Below are positions 29,881 through 38,896 of a stretch of DNA of 64,000 bases, in pieces; within the stretch, counting starts at the first letter, position 1; each line of letters starts with the position of its first letter. The DNA is from an uncultured bacterium. GTDB lineage: Bacteria > Omnitrophota > Omnitrophia > Omnitrophales > Aquincolibacteriaceae. Made by a program: the position numbers and the translations under genes. The stretch covers positions 3,854 through 67,853 of the forward strand of contig CAYLPP010000009.1 in NCBI GenBank assembly GCA_964385615.1, read 5' to 3'. The notes beneath the pieces are model-generated. The model saw only the letters and a list, made by a program, of their open reading frames with translations. It was not told the origin of the DNA and searched no databases.

Positions 29881-31905
29881 ATGTCTTTCTTCAATTTTGG
29901 CCGAAAACTGGATCCCGCTAAGGAGTATTCGCTCTCCGATATTCCTGTCTTTTCCTCATTAACCCTTGCTGAGCAGAAGCTCATTGAGAAAAAAGCGCGC
30001 ATTGTTGAGTTTAAACGCGGAGACATCGTTTATCAGGAAGGGACGCCTTCGGATGCCTTCTATGTGGTTATTTCCGGCCGTTTCCGGCTCTTCCTGAAAG
30101 CCAAGTCCGGAATTCCTGAAAAAACGGTTATTTACTTCTACCGAGGTGATCACTTCGGCGAAGCTTCGATGCTGACCGGACGTCCGCATAGCGCTACGGT
30201 TGAAGCCAAACGTGACGGTCTAATCCTGCGTATTGATCGAGAGGATTTCCTGGAACTGATTAAGCATATTCCCGGGATATCCCAGCAGTTGAACCGTTCC
30301 ATGGGGATACGGCTTGGTAAAATCGAGAATTCCAGCCGCCAGGAAGTTCGGATTGCCGCGCTTTACGGCAATCAGGAAACTCCCGCGGTTTTCCAGTTCT
30401 GGGCGGATATGGCGGATGAGTTGACCCGGGAAACCAAGCGCAAGGTTATTGTCCTGGATTTTGTTTCGCCGTTTCATCCCTCAGCGGGTAAGGAACTTCA
30501 GATCAATGCCCCCTCGACGTTTGATCTGAGTAAGCACGATCCCACCAGCGATGCTGATTTGAAAAGTACTGTGATCAAGCATCCGCGGGGTTTCAGTTAT
30601 CTGCACGTGAATCATTCTCAGGAAAATTCGGGAGATGAAAAACGTCTTTTCGCTTTGATGACGTTTTTAACTTACCGCTACGATTATTTGCTTTTGAGAA
30701 TGCCCCAAAATATTTCAGATTTCAGTTTTAAAGTCATTAAGCACGCTGACCTGGTTTACGTTTACGCGGGTTCTCGGGTCTCCGATCTTCAAGGGTGCGC
30801 GGACGCGGTCAGAGAGTTTACGGAGCATTTTGCTTTCAATAAAAACGAACTCCGGATTGTTGTTCCGAGTGATCAGGAAACGCATGAAGCTTTTGAGAAG
30901 AAAGAGGAAGTTATCGGCACCCGTATTTTTTCGGTCTTACCGCCGAAGTCAACTCAAGCTGAGCGTTATCAGGGCGCGATCCGCTATCTGGCTAAGGAAT
31001 TCTCCGGGCGTCTCTTGGGTCTGGCGCTTGGAAGCGGTGCGGCTTATGGTTTGGCGCACGTGGGGGTTTTAAAGGTTTTGGAGCGGGAGGGGATTTTCCC
31101 GGATATTATCGCGGGGTCAAGTATCGGCGCTTTGGTAGGAGGTATCTGGGGCGCCGGATACAACGCGGATGAAATTGAGAAAATCGCGAAAAGCATCGAC
31201 AAAAAAACCGGCTTTTTCAAAATTCTAGGTTTTCGTGATATGTCGATCGCTCACCGCGGATTTTTTAAAGGCAATCAGGTGGTCCGGTTCATTGACAGCT
31301 TTTTGGATAATAAAACTTTCCAGGATTTAAGAATCCCGGTCAAGATTGTCGCCGCGAATCTTTTCACGTCCGAAGAAGTGGTTATGGATACCGGGAAAGT
31401 TTCAGAAGCCATTCGCGCCAGTATTTCGATCCCGGGCATTTTTAGGCCGTTTGCCTGGCAGGGAAAGCAGCTGATTGACGGCGGAGTCATTGATCCGCTT
31501 CCGGTTGAGCTTTTGCATAACCTTGGCGTTAAGAAGGTGATCGCCGTGAATGTTCTCCCGGGGCCAAAAGACCGGGTGGAAAAAAACCGGATTCGCGAAG
31601 AAGATACTCAAAGGCAATTGCGTGAGGCCGCGTCGCGCGGAATGCTTCAAAAAGCTTTGGCTTCGTCAATGCACAAAGTCTATGACCGCTATGCCGTGAA
31701 CATTTTTAACGTCATCATGAATACCATCCAGTTTCTGGAGTATGAGATTGCCAAATCTTCCGGGATGCAGGCCGATGTCATGATCCACGCGATCGTCCGG
31801 GACGCCCACTGGGCGGAGTTTTACTCCCCGGAAAAGTTCATCAAGGTAGGGGAGGAAAAGGCCCAGGAACACCTTGAGGAAATTAAGCGGCTCCTGGCCG
31901 AATAA
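29881..31905 (+). CDS. Cyclic-nucleotide-binding domain protein fused to patatin-like phospholipase
   Basis: N-terminal cNMP-binding (CAP-like) domain (FYVVISGRFRLF...GEASMLTG). C-terminal patatin with GLALGSGAAYG oxyanion motif, GSSIG (GxSxG) nucleophile elbow and DGG catalytic Asp motif. Confidence 0.8.
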   Translation: MSFFNFGRKLDPAKEYSLSDIPVFSSLTLAEQKLIEKKARIVEFKRGDIVYQEGTPSDAFYVVISGRFRLFLKAKSGIPEKTVIYFYRGDHFGEASMLTGRPHSATVEAKRDGLILRIDREDFLELIKHIPGISQQLNRSMGIRLGKIENSSRQEVRIAALYGNQETPAVFQFWADMADELTRETKRKVIVLDFVSPFHPSAGKELQINAPSTFDLSKHDPTSDADLKSTVIKHPRGFSYLHVNHSQENSGDEKRLFALMTFLTYRYDYLLLRMPQNISDFSFKVIKHADLVYVYAGSRVSDLQGCADAVREFTEHFAFNKNELRIVVPSDQETHEAFEKKEEVIGTRIFSVLPPKSTQAERYQGAIRYLAKEFSGRLLGLALGSGAAYGLAHVGVLKVLEREGIFPDIIAGSSIGALVGGIWGAGYNADEIEKIAKSIDKKTGFFKILGFRDMSIAHRGFFKGNQVVRFIDSFLDNKTFQDLRIPVKIVAANLFTSEEVVMDTGKVSEAIRASISIPGIFRPFAWQGKQLIDGGVIDPLPVELLHNLGVKKVIAVNVLPGPKDRVEKNRIREEDTQRQLREAASRGMLQKALASSMHKVYDRYAVNIFNVIMNTIQFLEYEIAKSSGMQADVMIHAIVRDAHWAEFYSPEKFIKVGEEKAQEHLEEIKRLLAE

Positions 31906-32006
31906 GCTTCCTAGGGGGTTTGATTGAAATTGTTAGCGTATATGCTATTATTGTTATGGATTTTTAAAAGTACTCATTTCTCCAACCACTAACCGTTGAG
32001 GATCTT

Positions 32007-33197
32007 ATGACGGACATCGTAATCGCGGGTGGAGTGCGCACGCCTCAGGGAAATCTGGGCGGAGCGTTGAAAGAATTTACCAATCATCAGCTGGGCAGTC
32101 TTACGGTCAAGGCTCTCCTTGAGAAAACCAAACTTCCTGTTACCGAAATTGATGAAGTTATTTTCGGCTGTGTCGGCCAGCAGTCAGACGCGGCCAATGT
32201 GGCGCGAGTGATTTCTCTCATGTCAGGCATTCCGAAAGAAGTTACGGCGTATACGGTCGCCCGCAACTGCGCTTCCGGTCTTCAGGCGATTACCAGCGCG
32301 TGTCAGGCCATTAAGGCCGGCGATGCAGAGTTGATCGTCGCGGGCGGTGCGGAGGTTATGTCCTCGTCTCCATTTGTGAACCGCGATCTTCGTTTTGGAA
32401 AGCGCCTGCGTAATTCCGCGCTGATCGATACGATCTGGGAAGGTTTAACGGATCCGATTACGGGATTGATCATGGGGCAAACGGCAGAAAATCTTGTAAC
32501 TGAGTTTGGAATTACCCGCCAGGCGCAAGATGAATTTTCAGTGTTATCCCACCAGCGCGCATTCCGCGCGACTCGTGAAGGTAAATTTAAGGACGAAACA
32601 TTTAAAATTATGATTCCGAAAAAGTTTTACGGCAAGGAACTCCCGCCGGAGACTTTTGTGAATGATGAAGGAATCAATCCAGCTTTGAACGTACAGACTC
32701 TTTCTCAATATCCGCCTATTTTTAAACAGGACGGTTCGGTGACGGCTGGGAATTCCTGTCCAATCTCCGACGGCGCGGCCGCGGTGATCGTGACGACAAG
32801 AGAAAAAGCGCAGAAGCTCAATCTCGAGATTCTAGGCACGGTCCGTGGATACAGCTACGCGGGTGTGGAGCCGGAGCGTATGGGCATTGGCCCCGCTCAC
32901 GCGGCCCCTCTGGCTTTTAAAAAGGCCGGGGTTACGCTGAAGGATATTCAGTTAATTGAAATCAACGAAGCTTTTGCCGCTCAATATCTGGCGGTTGAAA
33001 AGAAACTGGAGCTTAATCGCGATATCGTTAACGTGAACGGCGGCGCGATTGCTTTAGGGCACCCGGTCGGGGCGACGGGAGCGAGAATTGTAGTCACCCT
33101 TCTTTACGAAATGAAACGCAGAAACCTATCCCTGGGTCTTGCTTCCATGTGCGTCGGCGGCGGGCTTGGCGGAGCCATTATTTTAGAGAGAAAATAA
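32007..33197 (+). CDS. Acetyl-CoA C-acyltransferase (thiolase)
   Basis: NCASGLQAI active-site Cys block and C-terminal [10 protein letters not shown] block. Confidence 0.9.
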   Translation: MTDIVIAGGVRTPQGNLGGALKEFTNHQLGSLTVKALLEKTKLPVTEIDEVIFGCVGQQSDAANVARVISLMSGIPKEVTAYTVARNCASGLQAITSACQAIKAGDAELIVAGGAEVMSSSPFVNRDLRFGKRLRNSALIDTIWEGLTDPITGLIMGQTAENLVTEFGITRQAQDEFSVLSHQRAFRATREGKFKDETFKIMIPKKFYGKELPPETFVNDEGINPALNVQTLSQYPPIFKQDGSVTAGNSCPISDGAAAVIVTTREKAQKLNLEILGTVRGYSYAGVEPERMGIGPAHAAPLAFKKAGVTLKDIQLIEINEAFAAQYLAVEKKLELNRDIVNVNGGAIALGHPVGATGARIVVTLLYEMKRRNLSLGLASMCVGGGLGGAIILERK

Positions 33198-34415
33198 ATG
33201 TATATTTATAAAGCAGGTGTGGTGGGTGCTGGAACTATGGGCGCGGAAATCGCGCAAGTCATTACTTACGCGGGATTGCCCGTAGTTTTAAAAGACAATA
33301 CGGAAGAGCTGGTCCAGAAAGGGATCGGGAAAATCCGCGCGATTTATCAGCGCCGTGTCGACAAGGGTAAAATGACGCAGGGGGACATGGAGAGCAAGAT
33401 GGCTCTCGTGATGCCGACCACGAAGTACGAGGATTTAAAAGACGTAGATATCATTATTGAGGCGGTTCCTGAAAAAATGGAAATTAAACGGAAGGTTTTT
33501 CAGGAGCTTGACGCGATCATGCCGGAGAGCGCGATTTTCGCGAGCAATACCTCCGCTCTTTCGATCTCTGAAATGGGCGCGGCCACAAAGCGCGCGGGAA
33601 AAGTAATCGGAATGCATTTCTTTTATCCGGCGTCGGTGATGAAGCTTGTTGAGGTGATTCCCGGCCTTGCGACCTCCGATGAAACTGTGGATGACGTTAA
33701 CAGCTTTACGGAATCGCTGCGTAAAATTCCGGTGAAGGTCAATGAATGCGCCGGATTTTTGGTTAACCGGCTTCTGATGCCCTATTTGAACGAAGCGGCT
33801 TTTTGTTTGCAGGAAGGTTCCGCGTCGCGCGAGCAGATTGACGAAGCGGTGCGCGGATTCGGACTCCCGATGGGCCCCTTTGTGCTGGTCGATCAGCTTG
33901 GTATTGATGTTTGCCTGGATGCGACCAAAGTGCTTCTGGATTCCTACGGAAACCGTATGAAGCCCGCGGAAATCTGGCAGGCCTACTATGACGCGAAATA
34001 TTACGGCGCCAAGACCGGCGCGGGTTTTTATTCCTACGACAGTGCCAAACCGGACATTACCCCGAAATTGATTACCGATATCCAGGCAAAAACCGGTAAA
34101 AAAGGAACAGCCTTTTCGATTGAGCGCATTATTTATCCGATGATTAACGAAGCGGCCTACTGTCTGGAAGAAAATGTAGCCAAGGCGGCGGATATTGATA
34201 TCTCGATGCTGGCCGGTGTCGGTTTTCCTCAGGATAAAGGAGGCCCCTTGAAATTAGCGGATGAACTGGGCCTGGATCATGTTCTTGAAGTGCTCGAGAA
34301 ACTTTGCAAAGAGCACGGTGACCGTTTCTGGCCCGCGCCCCGGCTTAAACGAATGGTGCGCGCAAATTTTCTGGGCAAGAAAAGCGGACGCGGATTTTTT
34401 GAGTACACAGCTTAA
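33198..34415 (+). CDS. 3-hydroxyacyl-CoA dehydrogenase
   Basis: N-terminal Rossmann motif KAGVVGAGTMGAEIAQV and C-terminal 3HCDH domains. Confidence 0.85.
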   Translation: MYIYKAGVVGAGTMGAEIAQVITYAGLPVVLKDNTEELVQKGIGKIRAIYQRRVDKGKMTQGDMESKMALVMPTTKYEDLKDVDIIIEAVPEKMEIKRKVFQELDAIMPESAIFASNTSALSISEMGAATKRAGKVIGMHFFYPASVMKLVEVIPGLATSDETVDDVNSFTESLRKIPVKVNECAGFLVNRLLMPYLNEAAFCLQEGSASREQIDEAVRGFGLPMGPFVLVDQLGIDVCLDATKVLLDSYGNRMKPAEIWQAYYDAKYYGAKTGAGFYSYDSAKPDITPKLITDIQAKTGKKGTAFSIERIIYPMINEAAYCLEENVAKAADIDISMLAGVGFPQDKGGPLKLADELGLDHVLEVLEKLCKEHGDRFWPAPRLKRMVRANFLGKKSGRGFFEYTA

Positions 34416-34427
34416 CAAGGAGGATTT

Positions 34428-35219
34428 ATGACGGATACCCAGACGCAGTTTCTGAAAGTCAAAGTTGAAGATCAGATTGCCGTCCTGACGTTTGATAATC
34501 CTCCCGTTAATATTTTGACCCCGCCGGCTCTTAAAGAAATTGACGATACGTTTACTTCTCTCGAAGGTAGAGATGACGTGAAGGTCATTGTTTTTACGAC
34601 GGCCGGAACGAACGCGTTTATTGCCGGCGCGGATATTAAGGTAATCGGTTCTATTTCTTCTTCAAAACAGGCAATGGAGCTTGCGCTCAGTGGTCAGTCC
34701 GTGCTTAACAGGATTGAAAATTCCAAAAAAGTCACGATCGCGGCCATTCAAAGCGTCTGCGTGGGCGGGGGGAATGAATTGGCTATGGCGTTTCATATGC
34801 GAATTGCTTCTGAGCGCGCAAAATTCGGTCAGCCTGAAATCAATCTGGGGATTATCCCCGGTTTTGGCGGAACCCAGCGTCTAGCGCGTATTGTCGGTCT
34901 TGCTAAAGCCCGTGAGTTAAACTTAACCGGAGACATGATCACGGCTCAGGAAGCTTACCGTATAGGGCTCGTGAATCGTCTGGTCCCGGATGGTGAATTG
35001 ATCAAACAAACAATGGGACTTGCCAAAAAAATCGCCATGAAAAGCCGCGTCGCGCTGGAAGCCGCGGAAGCGGCAATGAAGAAGGGGATTACGATGAGTC
35101 TTCCTGATGGGTTGAAATGGGAAGCGGAAATGTTTTCAAAATTAGCAGAAACGCAGGATATGAAAGAGGGTGTCCGCGCGTTTCTTGAGAAACGTCAGGC
35201 TAAATTTCAGGATAAATAG
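34428..35219 (+). CDS. Enoyl-CoA hydratase (crotonase family)
   Basis: Crotonase fold with FIAGADI oxyanion-hole region and GGGNELAM block. Confidence 0.85.
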   Translation: MTDTQTQFLKVKVEDQIAVLTFDNPPVNILTPPALKEIDDTFTSLEGRDDVKVIVFTTAGTNAFIAGADIKVIGSISSSKQAMELALSGQSVLNRIENSKKVTIAAIQSVCVGGGNELAMAFHMRIASERAKFGQPEINLGIIPGFGGTQRLARIVGLAKARELNLTGDMITAQEAYRIGLVNRLVPDGELIKQTMGLAKKIAMKSRVALEAAEAAMKKGITMSLPDGLKWEAEMFSKLAETQDMKEGVRAFLEKRQAKFQDK

Positions 35220-35222
35220 AAG

Positions 35223-35798
35223 ATGATAAAAGGACGCGCGCTGTATTTAAAGGTTGCTGGCGGAATGGTGACAGCTTCGCTTTTACTTGCGGTTCCGCCT
35301 CTTTTCGCGGAAGCTCAGCCTCAAGCGAAGACCTGGTTTGGTTTTGGAAAAGGCCAGAGTTCAGAAGCGGGTTCTCCTAAAGAAAATGAATCCGCGGCTG
35401 TGAGCGCTAAAGGCGGGAGTAATTCCAATTCCGCTCAGCTTGCGAAAATGAGTCCGGCTGAGAAAAATTTGATCCGCGTTCAGCAGATTCAGCAGGCTGA
35501 ACAGGCTAAAAAGATTCAGGACACCAACCGCGCGGTTTCCAACGTGATGAGAGTGTCTTCCGCAGCAAATGCCGCCAGTTTGAGTCAGTCTGCCGACGTG
35601 CTCAGGATTTCAGAGCAAGCCCGGACGCAGAACCGTATTATGGCGAATCTTGAAGCTTCAAAAAACACAGTGCCGCCGGTCAAAAAGACATCGGTCGATG
35701 AAATTTTGAAGCAGGAAAAAATCCGCCAGCACCGCCAAACCGCCGAGCAGAGCCGCCGCGCGATTGAGGCGATTGAAAAAAACTCGAATCTCAGATAA
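35223..35798 (+). CDS. Hypothetical secreted Gln/Ala-rich coiled-coil protein
   Basis: Signal peptide (VTASLLLAVPPLFAEA) with a low-complexity Q/A-rich remainder. Embedded in the fatty-acid operon. Confidence 0.35.
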   Translation: MIKGRALYLKVAGGMVTASLLLAVPPLFAEAQPQAKTWFGFGKGQSSEAGSPKENESAAVSAKGGSNSNSAQLAKMSPAEKNLIRVQQIQQAEQAKKIQDTNRAVSNVMRVSSAANAASLSQSADVLRISEQARTQNRIMANLEASKNTVPPVKKTSVDEILKQEKIRQHRQTAEQSRRAIEAIEKNSNLR

Positions 35799-35808
35799 GG
35801 CAGGCTTA

Positions 35809-37632
35809 ATGCCAAAGAGCGAGTTGGATCAAAATCTGGTGCAGCTTTACCTCGACCGGGTTTCCCGCTATCAAAATCGTCCCGCCCTCTATTTTAAAGA
35901 TAAAACCCGTACTAATGCTTATATCCCGATCAGCTGGACGAATTGGTCCATCCGGGTCCGGGATACAGCGCTGGCTTTAAGGGCCTTTGGCGCCTCAAAA
36001 GGCGCGCGTATCGGTATTCTTTCGGAAAACAGGCCGGAATGGACTTGTGCGGATCTTGGGATTTTGAGTCTGGGATGTATGAATGTTCCGGTTTATCCCA
36101 CCTCGTCCTGTCAGGATTTAGCGTATTACATTGAAAACTCCGAAATGGAATTTTTCTTCGTCTCCTCGCAAGAGCAGTATCAAAGAGTTCGTGACGTGCT
36201 GATCAACAGCCCCTTGCGGAAGATTATCACTTTCGATCCCGTCGCTGAAAAGCATGACAAGGTTATTTCATTTTCAGATTTTTTGGAGGCAGGGAAGGCG
36301 GAGCATAAACGGCTTCCGGATTTTTTCCAGCAAAGCGTGAATTCGGTTAATCCTGATGATCCCGCGACAATCATCTACACGTCAGGAACCACCGGAGCGC
36401 CGAAAGGCGTGGTTTTGACTCATCGGAATTTTGTCGCCAATTATCTGGGGTCCAAAGAATGGATTAAGATTTCCGATGCCGATATTGCCCTTTCTTTTCT
36501 TCCGCTTAATCATGTTTTTGAGCGTCTGGCCGGTTATTACTTCATGACTTTTCATGGAGCCGCGATTGCCTACGCTGAGAGTATGCAGACGGTAGCGCAG
36601 GATATGGCTTTGGTGCGGCCCACGGTAGCGGCCGCGGTCCCGAGGTTTTATGAAAAAGTTTATGCCGGAATCCTTGAAAAGGTGCAGACCGCCTCGCCTC
36701 TGCAGAAAAAGATTTTTTATTGGGCCGTCGGAACGGGGAAAAAAAGATACGCGGACCGTTTGACAGGCCGGCGCGGTTTCGGGGACGAATTCCAATACAC
36801 CCTCGCCAAACTCCTGGTCTTTAATAAAATTAAAAAGAAATTGGGCGGTAGACTGAGATTTTTTATCTCCGGCGGGGCTCCGCTCTCAAAAGAACTCGCG
36901 GAGTTTTTCTATGCCGCAGACATTCTGATTTTGGAAGGTTACGGCCTGACGGAAACTTCGCCCGTCATCGCTGTGAATACCGCGCGCGATTTCAGGTTTG
37001 GAACCGTGGGCCGTCCTATTCCAAACATTGAGGTTAAAATCGCGGAAGACGGTGAAATTTTGACGAAGGGCCTCTGCGTGATGGCCGGCTATTATAGGAA
37101 TCCGGAGGCGACCCGTGAAGTGATGAGCGGCGGCTGGTTTCACACGGGGGATATCGGAGTTATCGAAAAAGATGGTTTCCTCAGAATTACGGACCGGAAG
37201 AAAGATATTATCGCGACTTCCGGAGGAAAAAAGGTCTCTCCGCAGAATATTGAAAATCTGATTCAGATGGACCCGCTTTTTTCGATGGTTGTGGTTGTGG
37301 GGGACCGGCGGAATTATCTGACCGCGCTGATTGTGCCAAACCGGGCTGAGGTGATGCGTAAGGCTGAGGAGCTGGGCTGCGCTGACCGGGCCTGGGAATT
37401 GATTCTGGCGGATCCGCGGATTTATGAATGGGCGGATCAAAGGCTCCAGGAGAAGATGCGGGGAATGGCTTCTTATGAGCAGATTAAGTATTTCACGTTT
37501 CTTCCAGCGGATTTGAGTCTGCAGAATGGGGAATTGACGCCGACCATGAAGGTTAAGAGGAAGGTTGTGATCCAGAAATACGCCGATTTAATTGACGCGA
37601 TGTATCGCCGTGGGGCGGGGCAGCCGGCATGA
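35809..37632 (+). CDS. Long-chain fatty-acid--CoA ligase (AMP-binding family)
   Basis: AMP-binding signature IIYTSGTTGAPKGV. Start set at the ATG at 35809 to avoid overlap with the upstream ORF. Confidence 0.85.
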   Translation: MPKSELDQNLVQLYLDRVSRYQNRPALYFKDKTRTNAYIPISWTNWSIRVRDTALALRAFGASKGARIGILSENRPEWTCADLGILSLGCMNVPVYPTSSCQDLAYYIENSEMEFFFVSSQEQYQRVRDVLINSPLRKIITFDPVAEKHDKVISFSDFLEAGKAEHKRLPDFFQQSVNSVNPDDPATIIYTSGTTGAPKGVVLTHRNFVANYLGSKEWIKISDADIALSFLPLNHVFERLAGYYFMTFHGAAIAYAESMQTVAQDMALVRPTVAAAVPRFYEKVYAGILEKVQTASPLQKKIFYWAVGTGKKRYADRLTGRRGFGDEFQYTLAKLLVFNKIKKKLGGRLRFFISGGAPLSKELAEFFYAADILILEGYGLTETSPVIAVNTARDFRFGTVGRPIPNIEVKIAEDGEILTKGLCVMAGYYRNPEATREVMSGGWFHTGDIGVIEKDGFLRITDRKKDIIATSGGKKVSPQNIENLIQMDPLFSMVVVVGDRRNYLTALIVPNRAEVMRKAEELGCADRAWELILADPRIYEWADQRLQEKMRGMASYEQIKYFTFLPADLSLQNGELTPTMKVKRKVVIQKYADLIDAMYRRGAGQPA

Positions 37633-38474
37633 TGGATGACTTTTTTAAAAGCGGTTCCAACCGTCTCCACTACCGCTACTACCCGGTCGAGGGGCACCGC
37701 GGGGTTTGCGTTAGCCTGCACGGTCACGGGGAACACGCGGGGCGGTTTGAAAAAATGCAGAAGATGCTGGAGTCTGAAAAAGTTTCGTTCGCGATTTTTG
37801 AGTATCGCGGGCAGGGGCGGTCGGAAGGCCAGGATGTTTACGTTCAGACTTTAAATGACTACGTGGAAGATATGATCGCCTTCCGGAATTTTCTTGAAAC
37901 CCGCTTTCAGGTCCGCGAAAAAATTATCCTTCATGGAAATAGTTTGGGAGGCCTGGTGGGGGTTTATTGGGCCCTGAAATATCCAGAAAAAATCCGGGGG
38001 ATGATTCTTTCCTCGCCTTGTCTGGGAATGCGCCTTCCGCCGTTTCTGATGAAAGTGAATCAATTCATGAACCGCACGGCTCCGCGGTTTATTTACCGCA
38101 ATCCTGTTTATCCTCCTCATTTAACTCACAGTCAGGAAGAAATGGAAATTTATAAAAGTGATCCGCTTATCAAGAGGCGGATTTCAGCGCGCCTTGTGCA
38201 TGAAATGGTTTACCGCGGGCACGATCTCGAATCTTATGACGAGTTTGACTTCCCGTTTCCGGTTTACATGATGCTTGCGGAGCTGGAGAAGGTTGTGGAC
38301 GCGGAGAAGGCCAAGCTGTTTTTCCAGAAGGTGAACGCGCCGGATAAAAAGCTCCGTACTTTCCCGGACTTTTATCACGAGCTGTTCCATGAGCTCGGGC
38401 AGGACCAGGCATTTGAAACCTTCCGGGAATACCTGAAGCTGATCCTCAGTTCAACCCAGCCGGGCTCTTTGTAA
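37629..38474 (+). CDS. Alpha/beta hydrolase (lysophospholipase / monoacylglycerol-lipase-like)
   Basis: HGHGEH N-terminal box and GNSLGG (GxSxG) nucleophile elbow. Confidence 0.75.
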   Translation: MMDDFFKSGSNRLHYRYYPVEGHRGVCVSLHGHGEHAGRFEKMQKMLESEKVSFAIFEYRGQGRSEGQDVYVQTLNDYVEDMIAFRNFLETRFQVREKIILHGNSLGGLVGVYWALKYPEKIRGMILSSPCLGMRLPPFLMKVNQFMNRTAPRFIYRNPVYPPHLTHSQEEMEIYKSDPLIKRRISARLVHEMVYRGHDLESYDEFDFPFPVYMMLAELEKVVDAEKAKLFFQKVNAPDKKLRTFPDFYHELFHELGQDQAFETFREYLKLILSSTQPGSL

Positions 38475-38637
38475 AAAATACTACCATCCGGCTTTTCCTG
38501 CGATTATAATGTCGCTTCGTTTTACCTATCTTTTATATTTAAAATTTTTTGGTCCCGTCCTAAAGGACGGCGGAGTTTATAAGTGGGCTTCTTGGCGTTT
38601 TTTGCCGGATGACCTGTCATCTCTATAAAAAGTTTTT

Positions 38638-38710
38638 GGGCCCGTAGCTCAGCTGGGAGAGCGCTACAATCGCACTGTAGAGGCCGGGAGTTCGATCCTC
38701 CCCGGGTCCA
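38638..38710 (+). tRNA. tRNA-Ala (anticodon CGC)
   Basis: Hand-folded cloverleaf: 7-bp acceptor stem with G3:U70 (the Ala identity pair), D-arm GCTC/GAGC, anticodon stem CTACA/TGTAG, loop AUCGCAC with U33 and A37, T-arm GGGAG-TTCGATC-CTCCC, discriminator A73. CCA is not encoded. Confidence 0.9.
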
Positions 38711-38801
38711 TTTCCACGCCTGCTGGAGACTTTCAAAGTCTACGCGGCATTACCCGCGCATGAGCGCGGGTGCCCGGGTCCATTCGCTACGCCTAAGCGC
38801 C

Positions 38802-38845
38802 TCGCCGTTGCGTGGTTGAAAACCGCCAACGGCGAAGGCATTTTC
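38802..38845 (+). terminator. Putative intrinsic terminator downstream of tRNA-Ala (9-bp perfect inverted repeat TCGCCGTTG...CAACGGCGA followed by a short T-run)
   Basis: Inverted repeat read directly; TTTT follows 6 nt after the stem. Confidence 0.45.
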
Positions 38846-38896
38846 CCCTCAATTTCTTCCTGTTATCCGTCCAGTATTTCTCTATAATAGTCGCCC

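Noticed and set aside
38700-38790. Duplicated tRNA 3' end interpreted as attL/attR of an integrated mobile element
   Set aside because: The two copies are only ~60 nt apart with no coding capacity between them and no integrase nearby. At most this is a scar, and it is reported as a low-interest finding rather than a mobile_element feature.
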